Positions 1-15,822 of a stretch of DNA of 64,000 nucleotides are shown here, piece by piece. The position numbers and the translations under genes are program-made. Every line of letters starts with the position of its first letter. The first letter of the stretch is position 1. Origin of the DNA: Octopus vulgaris (Eukaryota). The notes beneath the pieces were generated by a model. The model had not been told where the DNA came from, did no database searches, and worked only from the letters and a program-made list of their open reading frames with translations. The DNA lies in the NCBI GenBank assembly GCA_951406725.2, contig OX597824.1, positions 55,490,001 to 55,554,000 on the forward strand, in the 5' to 3' direction.

Positions 1-826
<826 letters not shown>

Positions 827-1020
827 CTCCCTTTGCAAATACCTTAAGGGCACAGAAAGTATGCCTGGGGCTACAAGCTACAGTAACTCCCACCCTTAGT
901 GGTTAGCCATATTGAGATGGCTAGTATACCTCACATTGTCGTGCAGTTACTGTTTACATCTCGTTCAGAGATTTAATATTGCTTATATATATGAATATAT
1001 AAATAAATATATATATATAT

Positions 1021-1745
1021 CATCATCATCATCATCATTTAACGCCCGTTTTCCATGCTAGCATGGGTTGGACGGTTCGACTGGGGTCTGGTAAGCCATG
1101 GAGGCTGCACCAGGCTCCAGTCTTATTTGGCAGTGTTTCTACAGCTGGATGCCCTTCCTAACACCAAACACTCCATGAGTGTAGTGAGTGTTTGTCATGT
1201 GCTACTGGCACAGGAGCCAGCGCAGGCTGGCAAACAGCTACGATCGGTCGGTGCTTTTACATGTCACTGACATGGATGCCAGTCAGGCGACACTAGTAAC
1301 TGCCACACTCGAACTGTGCTTTTACGTGTCACCAGCACTGGTGTCTTAACTACAATTACCATTCGAATTTTTGATGTTGACGAACGTGACTCAACAGGTC
1401 TCCTCAAGAACTGCGAGTCACCCTACGATCCAAGGTTAGCAGAGTAGGCTGTCCTGCAAGCATGAACTCACTTCATATGTTGGGTCTTCGAATCCTCAAG
1501 AACTGCGAGTCACTCTACGATCCAAGGTTTGCATAGCAGGCCGTCCTGCAAGCCATGAATTCACTTCATTTGTCGGGTCTTTGAAGTCACAGCATATCTC
1601 CAGAGGTCTCGGTCTTTCGTCATAGCCTCTGTGAGGCTCAAAGTGGTCATGCTTGACCACCTCGTTCCATGTCTTCCTGGGTCTACCTCTACCCCGGGTT
1701 CCTTCAACAGTTTGGGAGTGGCACTTCTTCACACATCTCTCCTCA
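1021..1745 (-). mobile_element. 5'-truncated RTE LINE (3' UTR plus last ORF2 codons, (GAT)n tail)
   Basis: (CAT)n at 1021; minus strand encodes VEGTRGRGRPRKTWNEVVKHD, matching the C-terminus of the RTE ORF at 47672-49066. Confidence 0.85.
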
Positions 1746-1819
1746 GATATATATAAATATATATATATATGTATAAATATATATAAATATATATAAATAT
1801 ATAAATATATATATATAAA

Positions 1820-3035
1820 TGTAATGGGGTCATGCACCAATTCAAATACAGAGTCAGAAAATTTAAAAAAAAAAGTGGAAAGGTTGTTCCCTGATGTTTT
1901 CTTGGATGAGTTGGGTCAATGCAGTTTTTCAAAGTGACCTGAAGTGAGTAAGTGCAAAAAACCGACATCTGTGGTTACAGTAAGTTTTTTACACAAATTG
2001 TTTGCTAGATATGGTATTCCTGATACCATTGTGTTTGATGATGGAACTCAGTTTACTTCAGACAAGTTTAAATCATTTTGTAAAATGTTCATTATCAAAC
2101 TTTGACGTATCATCCTATGTCAAATGGACAAACAGAGTACTTTTGTTGATACTTTTAAGAGAGCTTTAAAAAAAGGCGAACAATGAAGTAATGGATGACC
2201 TAGGACTTTAACAATTTCTAAGAGTGCACCGAGCAATACCTAATCCGAATACACCAGCTGGAATGTCACCTGTAGAATTAATGTTTGCTAGAAAGATCGG
2301 ATCCATTTTTCATAAGTAAAAATAGAAAAATGGCGAACAACAAATATACTTCAAAATTCTTCAAGTTAGGTGACAAAGTTTTTTTATAAATCATATAGAT
2401 ATGATAAAGAAAGCTGGGAGGATGGTTTAATTATTAAACAAATTGGGAAAATATTCCTCTCAAAAGGAAAAAATTTTGAACATATAAAAAAATAGAAATA
2501 TATATCTAAAAAATATATAAATATATAAACCAACTTAGAAAAGGATGTATGGAAGAAACAGTCATGAGAGATGAAATCTCCATGGGAGTATTGTACAACA
2601 CTCAAACAAACTGAAACTACATGCTCAAGTTCTAGAAAAAAGAAAAGAATAGAAATACTGGAATTAAACCTTGAGTGTAAGAGATATAAAAACTCTGGAC
2701 GGAGTTTAATTCTCAAAAAGGGGAGAGGTTATGGGAAGCTAATTCCCCAAAAAGGGGAGGTGTTGAGGAAGGATCCTGACCACCCACATGTGACCATAAG
2801 TGACTGAGACCCATTTCAATAAAACAAAGAAACAGTGTGAACTGTCAGTAGTTGACAGCATTGATCATTCGTATTGGATTACTGTGTTAGTTTAATATTG
2901 TACCTACATTTGGTGTAGTATGGAATATGTTCTGCGTGAACATATTAATTCTGTGAAAGGCTGTTCTAGATAACTATATTTATTTGGGTAATACTATTCC
3001 TACACCCTTGTGCATACCCCAGCATCATCATAACA
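1820..3035 (+). mobile_element. Gypsy-type LTR retrotransposon remnant (integrase, PPT, 3' LTR)
   Basis: FARYGIPDTIVFDDGTQFTS (~2001-2060), YHPMSNGQTE, GMSPVELMFARKI integrase motifs with stops; purine tract AAAAAGGGGAGG followed by TGTTG...TAACA (2761-3035). Confidence 0.75.
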
Positions 3036-3119
3036 TTATTAGCAATGAGATATTCAAATCCATGACATAACAAGGGAACATGCCTATATTCAAGGACAAC
3101 TATGATTTTACTTAGCTTG

Positions 3120-3620
3120 ATGCATCTTCTCAAGCACAGCAAACCACCAGGAATCTTGGTCCCCTGTCATCCCCACTGTGAAGCCCAACATCTGAAGATT
3201 CTTTCTCATCACTTCGTCCCACATCTTCATGGGTCTACTCCTTCCATATATTCCCTCTATAATTAGAGACTGGCACTTCTTGATGCAACTATCTTCATTA
3301 GATGGTCATACCAGTGCAATCTTCTCTCTTGCACACTATATCTGATACCTTGTATACCCAGTTTTTCTCTCAAATCACTTACACTCTGTCATATGTACAC
3401 ACTGACATTACCCATCTAGCAGAACATGCTGGCTTCATTTGTCACTGGTGCCAAGCTGTATTGGCCTTTGCCTTTCATTTGGATAACATCATAGGGTGGA
3501 GAGGGTAAGCTTGTATGCATGTAGTATAGCTGTTCATACACAGGCATCTTACAATCTGCCTTTCACTCTGAGGGAGAGGCCCTTTATTACTAACAGAGGC
3601 AGTAGCTCTCTGAACGTTGC
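3120..3620 (-). mobile_element. Degraded RTE LINE ORF2 C-terminal fragment
   Basis: Reverse complement gives GLSLRVKGRL and similarity to 47700-48170. Confidence 0.7.
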
Positions 3621-4039
3621 CCTTTCCATTAACTATATATCAGCTGTGCTGATTCTGCCCATAAGAAAGGAGCAAATAATTCAATGTGCTTATAGGTCAT
3701 AACACCCAAGCAACGCCAGGATGCATTGCTAGTATATATATATCACCACTATTTTATTATCTCCCCTTCTTCCTAGCTCTCCTGTGTGACCCTCTATTCG
3801 GTATTCACCATGATAGATCACTAGCCACTACACATACTTTATTCTTTCTTTGTTTCTTACTGTGTTCCTTTCTGTGGAAGAGTATAGGCTTGAAATGTTA
3901 AAGACATTTTTACTTCCTGAGCGTTAAACTAATACATCTGTTTGTTGTCTACACCACCTGTCTTCGTCTTTTGTTTGAATTCTCCCCCTGTATATATATA
4001 TATATATATGTATATCTATATATATATATATATATATAA

Positions 4040-4378
4040 TAGTGTAAAGACCCCATTGCTCATAATGACCATGGGTTGCACCTAGAAAGTTCCCCTCCAA
4101 AGCATAAGTCCAGGCAAGATTGTTTATAGAAGATCAGCAGTCGCCCTTGCATACCACCCTCCTCTCTCCAAACCACCAATATTATCCAAGGGAAAGGCAA
4201 AAGCCAATAGAACTCGGGACCTGTGACATTGCAACTCATTTCTACAGATGAGTCAACTGGAACAATGTGAAATAAAGTGTCTTGCTGAAGAACACAACAC
4301 ACAGCCTGGTCTGGGAATCAAATTCACTACCTCATTCTTGTGAGCTCAATGCTCTAACCACTGAGTCATGTGCCTTAT
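4040..4378 (-). mobile_element. tRNA-derived SINE
   Basis: Minus-strand head GCACATGACTCAGTGGTTAGAGC (A-box-like), followed by a ...GCAAGACACTTTATTTCAC core. Confidence 0.6.
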
Positions 4379-4576
4379 ATACATTATATATATTTATTTA
4401 TTTATTTCTGTGTGAGTTAGAGGTTGAGAAAAAACTAAGGGTATACTACCTATCCAATATACTGCTGGTAGTTTACCCAATTATTCATAGTCAAGTCCTA
4501 GTTATTGCATGGCAATCTTGCAATTGAGTATTATATCTGGGCGGAGGTAAAAGAGTGATTTATATGATTTATATGG

Positions 4577-4941
4577 CAAATAAGAAAACGGAGAGGATAT
4601 AAAATCGACAGACATTAGCCAGTAAACATGTAAATATGTCTATTTATTCAATAGTAAAAGATGAATACACACACATGTATGAGTTATACAGATTAGCAAG
4701 TGGAAAAAGCTGGTAACTGCATAGACAAGGGTGTGAAAACATATAAATATATAGAAACAAATGAGCAAAAATATAAATGGGTGTGGAGGTACCTCCACAC
4801 CCATTTGTATTTTGCCACTTGCTAATCTGTATAACTCATACATGTGTGTGTATTCATCTTTTACTATTGAATAAATAGACATACTTACAAGTTTACTGGC
4901 TAATATCTGTCAATTTTATATCCTCTCCGTTTTCTTATTTG
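4577..4941. repeat. Long inverted repeat with a perfect 32-bp central palindrome (4775-4806)
   Basis: 4577-~4708 is the reverse complement of ~4810-4941; centre AAATGGGTGTGGAGGT|ACCTCCACACCCATTT. Confidence 0.9.
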
Positions 4942-4970
4942 TTATATATATATATGTGTGTGTGTGTATA

Positions 4971-6149
4971 CGAGGAATTTTTAAGAAATTAATTTATTTT
5001 ACAAAAACAACATATATACGTGAGCTTATTTCTCAACATAGTTGCTATTCAGGTCAATGCACTCCTCAAGTCGATGTTTCCAGGTTCGAAGACCGTCTTT
5101 GAAGAATTCTGGAGGATGTTTTTGGAGCCAAGTAGTGGCACGCACTTCCCATTGAAATTCTCGAAGGACATCTTGCGAAATCCTCGAAGAATGCGCTGGT
5201 GCATTGTCATGATGAAACAGGACCCCACCATGAATTTTCCCTTTCCGTTTTTTAATCAAAGCATCCTTTAGCTTCCTTAAAACCTTAGCATACTAAACTC
5301 CTGTTACTGTTCTTTGATTTTCAAGGTAATCTATCAGTATCACACCCTCTGAATCCCAGAAAACCATGGCCATCACTTTTTGAGCCGACTTTTGAGATTT
5401 GAACTTGATGGGTCCTGAAGATCCACGTGGGAGCCATTGCTTTGACTGTTTTTTGGACTCAGGATCATACTGGTGAATCCAAGTTTCCTCTCCGGTGATA
5501 ATTTTCACCAGAAATTGCTCTTCATCTGCTTCGATTTTGTTCAATAATGTTAAGGAGAGATCACTTAGAAGATTCTGCTGATAAGGCCGCAATGCTTTTG
5601 GGATCCATCATGCTGAAAGCTTGCTCAGTCCCAAATTATCATGAAGAATTGAATTTGCCAACCCATAGGAAATCTCTAGGGACATAGCTATCTGATTGAC
5701 AGTTATTCGCCAATCTTCTTCAATTAAATTTCGAGCAGCCTCGATGTTTTCGTCATTTTTTGAGGTTCCTGGTCTTCCCGAGTGTTCAAAGTCTTCAAAG
5801 TCGTCTCTTCCTTCTTTGAATCGCTGAATCCACTTGTAGACTGTAGTCTTTTTTGGAGCACGAGTTCCATAAACTTTTTCCAAAGCCTCAATGATCTGTG
5901 TTCCTTTCCATTTGAGTTTTACCAAAAATTTGATATTCGACCTTATCTCAAAATACCTGTTTTCCATGGTTGAAAAAGTAGCTTCTCTTTTAGAGGGTCT
6001 GAACAATACAGAGGCTTGTATGAAACTGATTGCAGGTAACTAAAAGCCAGGTAAACACCAAGTGATGTGTTCTGACATGTTTTAACTTGTTTAAACTTGA
6101 TAATTTTACTGCTATTAAAAAATTCCACGTACTTTTTGATCCACCCTCG
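4971..6149 (-). mobile_element. mariner DNA transposon, defective
   Basis: TA-flanked TIR ends (TA CGAGG... / ...CCCTCG TA); transposase from ATG 5967 with HTH, WIPKAL, ITGEETWIHQYDPE, FHHDNAPAH; stops present and the YSPDLAPSD region is deleted. Confidence 0.92.
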
Positions 6150-7789
6150 TATATATATATATATGTAAGAAAGAGAAGAGGTATAAGACGAAAAAATTTA
6201 ATCCTCCTGTTGACATCCATAGTGATGATTGTTTCACAGCTTTTATCATATAAAAACAATTTATTTTATTGCATAATGAATAAATAAATAATTATTTGAA
6301 TGCCTGTAACTAACAACCAACTAACTGTTCAATTAACACATTAAAAAAAAACCTATGAGTAGTTGGTGAAATAAAGAAGGGGTTTTGAACCAATTTATAT
6401 GTTTATTTTAATTTCTATAGGTATAATGACCTGCCTTAATTTTCAAAGATGCAGTTTCCATAGCTCAAATTGGGTACCATAGGAAGTACAGTTTAATGTG
6501 ATTATTAGGGAAGGGACAATCAAGAATTTTCAGAATTAAAGGACTAGTAATATGCTGCATTGCAGAATTGTCCAACCCATACTAGTAAGGAAAAAAAAAG
6601 TGATGACAATAGTGGTGATGTTGGCAGCAGCACTGGTAGTGATAATAGTAGCATGATAAACTGTTAACATGCAGTACTGTACAAATCCACATCTGGAAAA
6701 ATCAGATATTGTTTTAGAGTATATTCTCCTAAAAATTGACAAATGATCACAAACCAGTAGATACAAAACTTTTTGGTCGCCAATTTCTTGGTTATTTATG
6801 ACTACTCTCCCCATCTCTTGTCATGGCATTTAATAATTCTTTATTGTTTGTTTAGTATCAAATGCCTCATTTTATATATTTTCTTTCATTTTAGAATATT
6901 TATCACTTCATAAGAGAATGAAGGAAAACTACTGTAAAATTAGCTTTTAGTTTTTTACTGGATTGGTGTGAAGAAAGAGACTGTACATAAAGCTTTTGCT
7001 GGTTCTCCAAGACTGGTGAGATCTACAGTTAACATTCCTATTTAACAGTTGCAAGTTGACAATTGAAAAAAAAAACAAGCAGAGAGGAAGTTTCAGATAG
7101 CCAACATACTGGGGTGGTGAGACACAGTATAATGGCTAATGTAGACTTATGTAGGGGATAACAAGAAGAGGATGGTGGTGGCATGAGATGAGCCAGTGGC
7201 AAACAGAAAGAAGAGGCAGAGAGAAAAGACAACACATTTATCAATGAGAGAGTGGAGTGTGTTGGTATGGAGCTTCATTCCAATCACTCAGGTAGCCTTT
7301 CTATGAATGCAATCTATGTAGCAATGCACTGTTCCAGTTGCGGGAGTGGTATTTAATTGTGAGGATCACCTGATTAGTAGTTGATGGGGGCTCAACCTGA
7401 AGAAAAAGGCCAGACTTTGTGTTGCAGTTTTGTTAAATCTGAGGACACATTTTTCAAGTGTGATCCTCTCTGGTGGTGGAGTTAAGAATTTGTAGCAGCC
7501 TAGATGATTCTGATTGCATATTGTTCAAGTTCAAGGGTAGGAGAAATAATGTTGTCATAAGTGGAGTGGTTGTGAGACAAGATTGGTATGATTTCATTGG
7601 AATATGCTTTTGAGTCAGAGTAGATTTAGTGCAATGATATATGTAGATTACATTTAGGTGTAGAAAGTTAGGGAAAATGACAGGTAATGTCATCTGTGTA
7701 AGAGTGGGTATTGCTGGAGGCTGATAACAATTAAAATCACAATATTTTTTAATGATATTAGAGTAAAAAAACATTTAAGTATAGCAAAC

Positions 7790-7949
7790 CTAAAAGGCCT
7801 GGTGTAGCATGTCCTTGAACTAGATGCTGTGGTTCATCTCGTTTGCCAGGTTCACCTCGCCATCCAACTAGAAGTAACATTGGAATACTGTAGACACTAA
7901 TTGAAGCTAGTGACATCAAAGGGTTTACTATATTTCCAAGACCAGAATT
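7790..7949 (-). CDS. ppd: ppd exon (160 bp): [53 protein letters not shown]
   Basis: Acceptor ttatttcatgtctag at 7950, donor gt at 7789; GWRGEPG..DEPQH is the Ppd family motif; too short for the ORF track. Confidence 0.93.
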
Positions 7950-8564
7950 CTAGACATGAAATAAAAACAATAATATCAATGTAAAAATTCAATATTATTC
8001 ACATTTTTTTAAAGTCTTACTATAATTTTCGTTCTCATTTTATATCTATATTTCAATAATGGTTGATAATAAAATGTTAGATGTAGTGTTAGATATCATA
8101 AGCACCAACTTGAGACAGAAAAAGGAAAACAGGCCACAGTACTTGAGCCTGATTCCAGTTGTTTGTTGGGTGACCATGATACTGATTACAACAACACTTC
8201 TTACATTTTTCAAGCTTTGTACTATATGTATTTTTTCTGCTGTTTATTTTATTTCTACACAGTACCTTAATTGTTTCACAGGTAATTGCCAGCCACTTAG
8301 TGTCAGTAGGAGAGGCTGGTCATCTCTGAGTGATTCATTCTATTATTGTATTATATCTTCACACAAAGTATATCAAGTGTTTTCCCACCTGGAAAGGCAG
8401 TTGCAGTCAAAAAGCTGACATTTGTGAGCATGATGTAAACTAAAAGAAGTTGAATATCAGTTCATTTTAATTCATATACTTTGTGCATGTAACACTTAAC
8501 ATCCTAGGATTGCTACCCTGAAACCATATTAACTGAACAATTTTTAAAAATATATATATAAATG

Positions 8565-8600
<36 letters not shown>

Positions 8601-11600
8601 GACATGACTGAAGTAAATAAATACAGTTATAATAGTTAAAATTCATTTAAATCTGAAATTATACATTCAAATTATTTATTAATTGTTCTAATGTGAATAT
8701 TTGATATTTAGTAGACATGCCCTTTGCATTGAAAAATGCAAGGACCCTATTAGGCATATTTAATGATCGGCTGATGAATATTCTCTCGAAGAATTTCTTG
8801 CCAAGTTTCATCCACTAATCTCAAAAGATCTGGCTTTCAAGATGCTTTCTTATTCTTTTTATGAAATGTCTTGTCCATTATGCCCCAGATGTGTTCAATA
8901 GGGTTCATATCTGGTGACTGGCTTGGCTATGGAAGCTTTTTAATGCCAGGAGCCCCATCTTCCATAAATAGTCTTCTTTAATCATATCACCACTGGAAAA
9001 GATTGAAAGGAATCCTTTCTACAATATGGACACATATCTATCTGAGTTTATGTTTCCCTCCCACTCCATCAGCTCTGATTGACTATTGCTCCAAATTGCT
9101 TTCCAGACCATCACAGAATAGCTGCCATGTTTCATTGTTGGCTGCAATTTTTTTACATCAAACTCTTGATCACAGCCTCCAGACCCACGTTCAGCCACTG
9201 TTAGAAAATACTGCAAATCTGGACTCATTGGAGAATATGACAGTGTCCCAAAATGCTAGTGACCTCTCCACTATTTCACTGGCCCAATCTTTTCTCCATT
9301 TGATATTGGCTGGTCAAAGAAGTGGCTTCCTTCTTGCTGCTATGCTATAGTAACCAAGTTTGTGGAGATACCTGACATTTCTTCTGGGACTAACATCTAT
9401 GTGCTCTGCTATGTCAGAGGCTTTGCAATGAGGATTATCCTCTACACTTCTCTTAACAAAGAGAAGGGTCGTGTCAGAGAGCCCTGGTCAACCTGAGCAA
9501 GGTGATGTGGACTCCTTCCCGTCTCTGGTGAATTGCACTATCACTCTAGAAAGCGGGATCCCAAGGTTTTCTGCAATTTTATGCTACGTCCACCTTCAAG
9601 TTGACCAACAATATGGCCTCTTTGATATTCAGACAGTTCCAAGGCTTCTTTTGTACATGGCATGATTAAACCATATAGAACCTAAAACATAAAAGTGCCA
9701 ATTAATGAAAAATATAAAACACTGCAACTTAGAATAAACATAAAACAATGTTTTATGGAGTGTCCATTTACTTCTGTCATGTGTGTGAGTGTGTGTATAG
9801 AGTTGGCATGAAAGTAATTTCGGTTTTTTAGTGTGAAAGTCGTTTTTTTTTCATACAAAGAATGAACTTTAATCAATTGTATATTTTCCATTTTGTTTGA
9901 TGACCTTTTGCCATCTTTCTAGCAACTTCATGATTCTGCACTCAAAACTTCTAGTCTTTATCAGCCAAAGACTGAAGCAAGTGCAATTTCAGGTCATCAT
10001 CATTATTGAAAGTTTTACCATTCAAAGAATTTTGCAAACTTCGAAATCTGATGTGCAACGTCAGGACTATATGGTGGATGTGACATCACTTCCCAACCAA
10101 GCTCCAATAATTTTTCACGAGTTAATAAAGACATGTGTGGTCTAATGCTGTCATGGTGAAACACAATTCCTTTATGATTTGCAATTCTGGCTGTTTTTCT
10201 TTCATTGCTTCCTCCAGTTTCATTAGTTGGTGACAGTAAACATCTGAATTGGTTGGTTGGTTCTTTGGAAGCAGCTCAAAATACACAACACCTTTGTAAT
10301 CCCACCAAATTGACAGTATTCTTTTATTCTTTTACTTGTTTCAGTCATTTGACTGTGGCCATGCTGGAGCACTGCCTTTTAGTCAAACAAATCAACCCCA
10401 GGACTTATTCTTTGTAAGCCTATCGGTCACTTTTGCCAAATTGCTAAGTTACGGGGACGTAAACACACCAGTATTGGTTGTCAAGCAATGGTGGGAGGAC
10501 AAACACAGACACACAAATATATACACACACACATATACATACATACATATATATATGACGGGCTTCTTTCAGTTTCTGTCTACCAAATCCACTCACAAGG
10601 CTTTGGTCGGCCTGAGGCTATAGTAGAAGACACTTGCCCAAGGTGCCACACAGTGGGACTGAACCCAGAACCATATAGTTGGTAAGAAAGCTACTTACCA
10701 CACAGCCACTCATGACGTTTTTTTTATGCAATTCAGCTTTCAGTGTGGTTTGTGCTGGTTCATTACGCTTGGACCATAATCAATTTTGATTGATACTATT
10801 ATACACAGTCCATTTTTCATCACCAGTGATAATTCATTTAAAAAAAAGGTTGATTTCATTGTGTTTGAGAGGCATATCGCAAATATTGATTCACTGTGTT
10901 AAGGGAACCTCTTTCAATTTATGTGGAACCCAAATATTGAGGTTTTTAACAAGTCCAAGGCATTTTAAGTGATTTTCAATTGTTGTGTGTGATACATTTA
11001 ACCTCTCAGCAATCTCTTGCACAGTTATATGACAATCAGATTAACTTCAGTAGGTTGACCATTTTTGAGCGAAAAATCTCCAGAACAGAATTTTTAAAAC
11101 CATTCCTGACATGTGCATTCTCTTAAGCAATCAACACCATAAACTTCACATATCTTTTTGTGAGCCTCAGTAGCTTTCTTGCCTTTATGGAAAGCAAAAT
11201 GTGGTGAAAATGTTTGTTTTTGTACTCCATGTTAAAATTGACACTGAACTAACAGCTGTAAACAAAATTATGCACAATTTATTTCTATAGTCAGCTAAAA
11301 GTAATGGCTATCAAATGTCAAAAGTCATTAAAAAAAAATCGCAACTCTATCTATTTGCAAAAAATAAAATTACTTTCTTGCCAACCCAATATATATATAT
11401 GAACATATATATTTTAAGCACATATATAAACAGTATGCCTGAAGAGCATGAACTATCTTTTCTTCTCAAATCAAATCTTGATACTTGTATAAAAATATTT
11501 CCACAGCTCCATTTTATTTCTTTATTCTGACATACACTGGTTTCATATTTGTGACAGAACTTTAATTTGGACTGCTTTTTGTCTCATCCACTCCCACACA

Positions 11601-14548
11601 TTAAATCTATTTTATAATCAAAGCAACAAACATTGTGCTGTTTCTTTTAACAAGACAAAATTGCCTTATATTATCGTATAACTTTGGAGAATTTTCTTCA
11701 GTAAAGAATTTTCAAATATTTTGTGTCACATACTCTTTTAGCAAGAAATTCACCTCCTACAAGATACATTGTTGAATGTCCTTTCTTAGGAAAAATAAAA
11801 TAAACACAATAGGTGAGAATTTTTAACAGAATCTTTTTCAATGAATTTTTAAGATTTTAACCATTTCCATGAACTGCCTTTTGTTACATTAAATTTTCTT
11901 TTTTCTTTCATTTTAATTATCTTTTTCCCTCTCTCTCTTTTGGTGAGGCACTGAGCAGCTATACGCACACATACACACACGGCAGTAACTTCCACCTACC
12001 GAATTCAATCACAAAGCTCCGGTTGGCTCGGGGCTATAGTGGAAGACACCTACCCAAAGTGCCACGCAGTGGGACTTTTTGTTTCTTATTAATCATTTTT
12101 GTAAAAAAGACAGACGAACAGAAAATTAATGTTTATTTACAACCTTGTATGTTTCTTTAATTTCATTTCCAATTCAAAATGTTTAATTAAAATTTTTTCA
12201 TTTTAGTCTATTTTAATTCATATACTTTGTGTGCATGACACAACATATTTATTGTATTTATATGTGTATATCATAGGATCACTGCCCTCAAACCAAATTA
12301 ACAGAAAAGTTATTCGTTTATTCTTTTACTTGTTTCAGTCATCTGACTGCAGCCATACTGGAACACTGCCTTTAGTCGAACAAATCAGCCCCAGGACTTA
12401 TTCTTTGTAAGCCTAGTACTTATTCTATTGGTCTCTTTTGCAGAACTACTAAGTTACAGGGATATAAACACACTAACACCGGTTGTCACACAAGTATATA
12501 CATACATATATATGATGGACTTCTTCAGTTTCCATGTCCAAAGGCTTTGGTTGACCCAAGACTGTAGTAGAAGACACTTGCCCAAGGTGTCATGCAGTGA
12601 GACTGAACACAGAACCATGTGGTTGGGAAGCAAGATCCTTCCCACACAGCCACTCCTATGCCTATTTATTAAACAAGCACACACACATAAACAAATAACA
12701 ACAGATGGATTGTGATTCACTACAGCTGTTTCAGACATGTTTTCTTATATTGGTGAATAGAATTATTACATCATGCGAGAAAAAAAAACAAAAAAGCTGT
12801 TTTCTTCAGGTGAATATATACAAGAATTAAACATTTAAAACATTCCAATTTTGAAACAAAATTGCTAATTTTTGACTCCTCCAACCAAATTTTGGCCAGA
12901 GAGTGATTAAAATACTTTTTTTATATACTTATGATATTGACATAATATTGATATTTATATTGTACTAGCGTAAAAGCTGCACTCCATGCAGACTTTTAAG
13001 CTTGCACCTATGAAGGGATAATTGGGCCTCTAGTCCAAAACTAAAGAGAGCTAAATAATATGATCATAATATGTCTATAATAACTATATGCTGCAGCGGT
13101 GTTTGATCAGAGGTTAAGAAAGGATTAGAATTAATTTTGTAAGGATTACATTAATTTTGTAATGTAATCATTCTATTGTACCAGTACCAAGTTGAATTCC
13201 AGCTGTTGCCAATTTGTCCCAAAGTTCTTAACTCAACATAAAATTAACAAAGTGAATATTATTTATCTCTCCCTTGATCTCTGACAAATGCCAACCAAGA
13301 TGGCATGAACCAACCAAGCTTTACCTGCTAGAAATAGCAACCCAGATGCTTTTAAATCAGAACCCATGGCTGGATGTTCAAGAACCAAATGAAGGGCAGA
13401 TGTTCGATCCTGAGATCATTCTGATTCCAAAAAAGTATATGTCTATGTAGAACAAATGTAGACAGATACAGGGGTCCCAAACAGACAGAATTTTGATTTT
13501 ATTACTATAGATTATATATTATGTATTTTATATTCTACATCTTATACACAATCCCTATACTTTTTATATTTTCTGATATTTTTTATATTCTTATCACATT
13601 CTTAAAAGCTTTATCATATTTTATGATTTATCTTATACATATATCTCAAATTGTTGTTGGCCTTTTATCCTTTAAATCCTATACCCTTATTATGTCTTTA
13701 TTTTTTAATACTTTTATATTTTATGTTTTCTTATTTTTACTTTTTTTACTTTATTTATTTCCTTTGTTTTAAATTTGTTATTCTAGTTTATCTTGGTTTG
13801 TCCCTAAATTGTTAATCTCTTATGCTTATGTAAACGTGTATGCACATGTGGGGATGGATATAAATGTATTAGCAGTGTGTGTTTGTGTGTATGTAAATGT
13901 ATACATACGTGTGTGAATATACATGTGTTTAATGCTGTTATTGTGCACATAGATAAATACATGTATGCATACTTTTGCTGAGTACACAAATGAGTGCAGT
14001 TAGGTGGAAATGATGCATATGTGCTAGTACAAGAGTGTAGAGGTTATGAGTATGTAAGTATAGGTTGGTAATAATTATATATTTAAGTATATGCGAGCTG
14101 ATATAAATCTCTCTATATATAAAGCTGAAGTTGTCTGTGTAAGGCAGGTTTGGTAGCCTTCAACTAACACTATCTTCTCCGAGACCCTGCAACGCAAGTT
14201 GACCAAAATTGAGAGTATGATAGAAGAAGGCTTGCTCTTCCTTCCGTAGAAGAAAAAAATTCAAATCGGATCATGTTAACACCAAAAATTATTTACATCA
14301 AAAAGGTGCTTTTTTTCTATGAAAATCCCTATTTTTTACGATTTTTTTACTGCTGTGTTGCTTTTTTGGGGTGTATTTCAACTAGAAAAATGTTCACTTA
14401 AAGAGAATAACAAGCTACATAATGCAAAATCTTTACTTTTCAAAATTTCCAATTCTAAAGGGTCGAAACAAACCCAAGTAACACCGGGCGATACTGCTAG
14501 TATTATATATATGTGTGTTGCTTGTGTGTGTGTGTGTGTGTATATATT

Positions 14549-14585
<37 letters not shown>

Positions 14586-15241
14586 ATGTATGTATGTATG
14601 TATGTATATATATTAGTGTGTGTATGTGTGTGTGTGTGTGTGAATATGTGTGGTTGTATATGTGAATATATATATATGCGTGTGTGTATGTATATAGATG
14701 TATGTGTAGGTATGGGTGCAAATATGTGTATGTAGGTGTGCCTTTTTATGTATGTGTTATTATTGTACGTATAGTATGATAAATATGTGTCTAAGTGCAT
14801 GTAAGTAGATTTATTATTCTGTTTCCTTGTATGTATCTTTGTACACAAATGTATGAGTGCATATAAAGCTCTGTTCCCCTGCCTTCTATTTTTATCACCT
14901 TTTATTGAGTTTTGTGTCAGAACCCTGTCGTCTAACTATATATAGATTAAATTAAAATAAAATAACCTTAACTTATTTATAACACTTAATGAGGTAGAAC
15001 ATGATGGTACACTTTTCCTTATCTCTTCTCTCTTCTGCAACTCTCCATCCATGTGCAACCTTGAGGCTCATTCAATATTCAGTTGGACATTTGTGATTTT
15101 ACACACAACCAGAGTATAAATCTGTGTTTACTTTAGTAAGTACATATTTGTTCTTCAAATATTGTTCACACACATTTTACTATTTAAGGACCTAATTTGC
15201 TTGAATCCTAAATTACAAATATATATATATATATATATATA

Positions 15242-15284
<43 letters not shown>

Positions 15285-15520
15285 TAAATTTCCAAATTAT
15301 GTTGGTAGAGATATACAATCCCAGCAGGTACTTTATTCAGTTTTAATAACACCTTGAAGTGGCAATTAGCACCAAAATGCACATCAAGATGCAAAATTTT
15401 GCAGTGTGCACAAAATTAGAGCAGAAACATATGTAAGTGCATAAATGGAAAGATGTGATTGACTGCAGAATAAAGCTGGATATATAAATCTCTGTCTGTT
15501 TGTTTGTTTGTTTGTTTGTT

Positions 15521-15581
<61 letters not shown>

Positions 15582-15604
15582 ATGTATGTATGTATGTATG
15601 TATG

Positions 15605-15635
<31 letters not shown>

Positions 15636-15779
15636 CATAGTTAAAATGGTACTTCAGCATGGCCACAGTCAAATGACTGAAATAAGTAAAGGAGTATATA
15701 TATTTTAAGGAAATACATAGTCATGGCTTTGGATATGTCTACGCCTCCTCCAGACACACACATATATATGTAATTTTAA

Positions 15780-15822
<43 letters not shown>

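Noticed and set aside
11530-11790. Exon-like minus-strand segment with a pyrimidine tract
   Set aside because: Stops in all frames, and the flanking ppd exons already join without it
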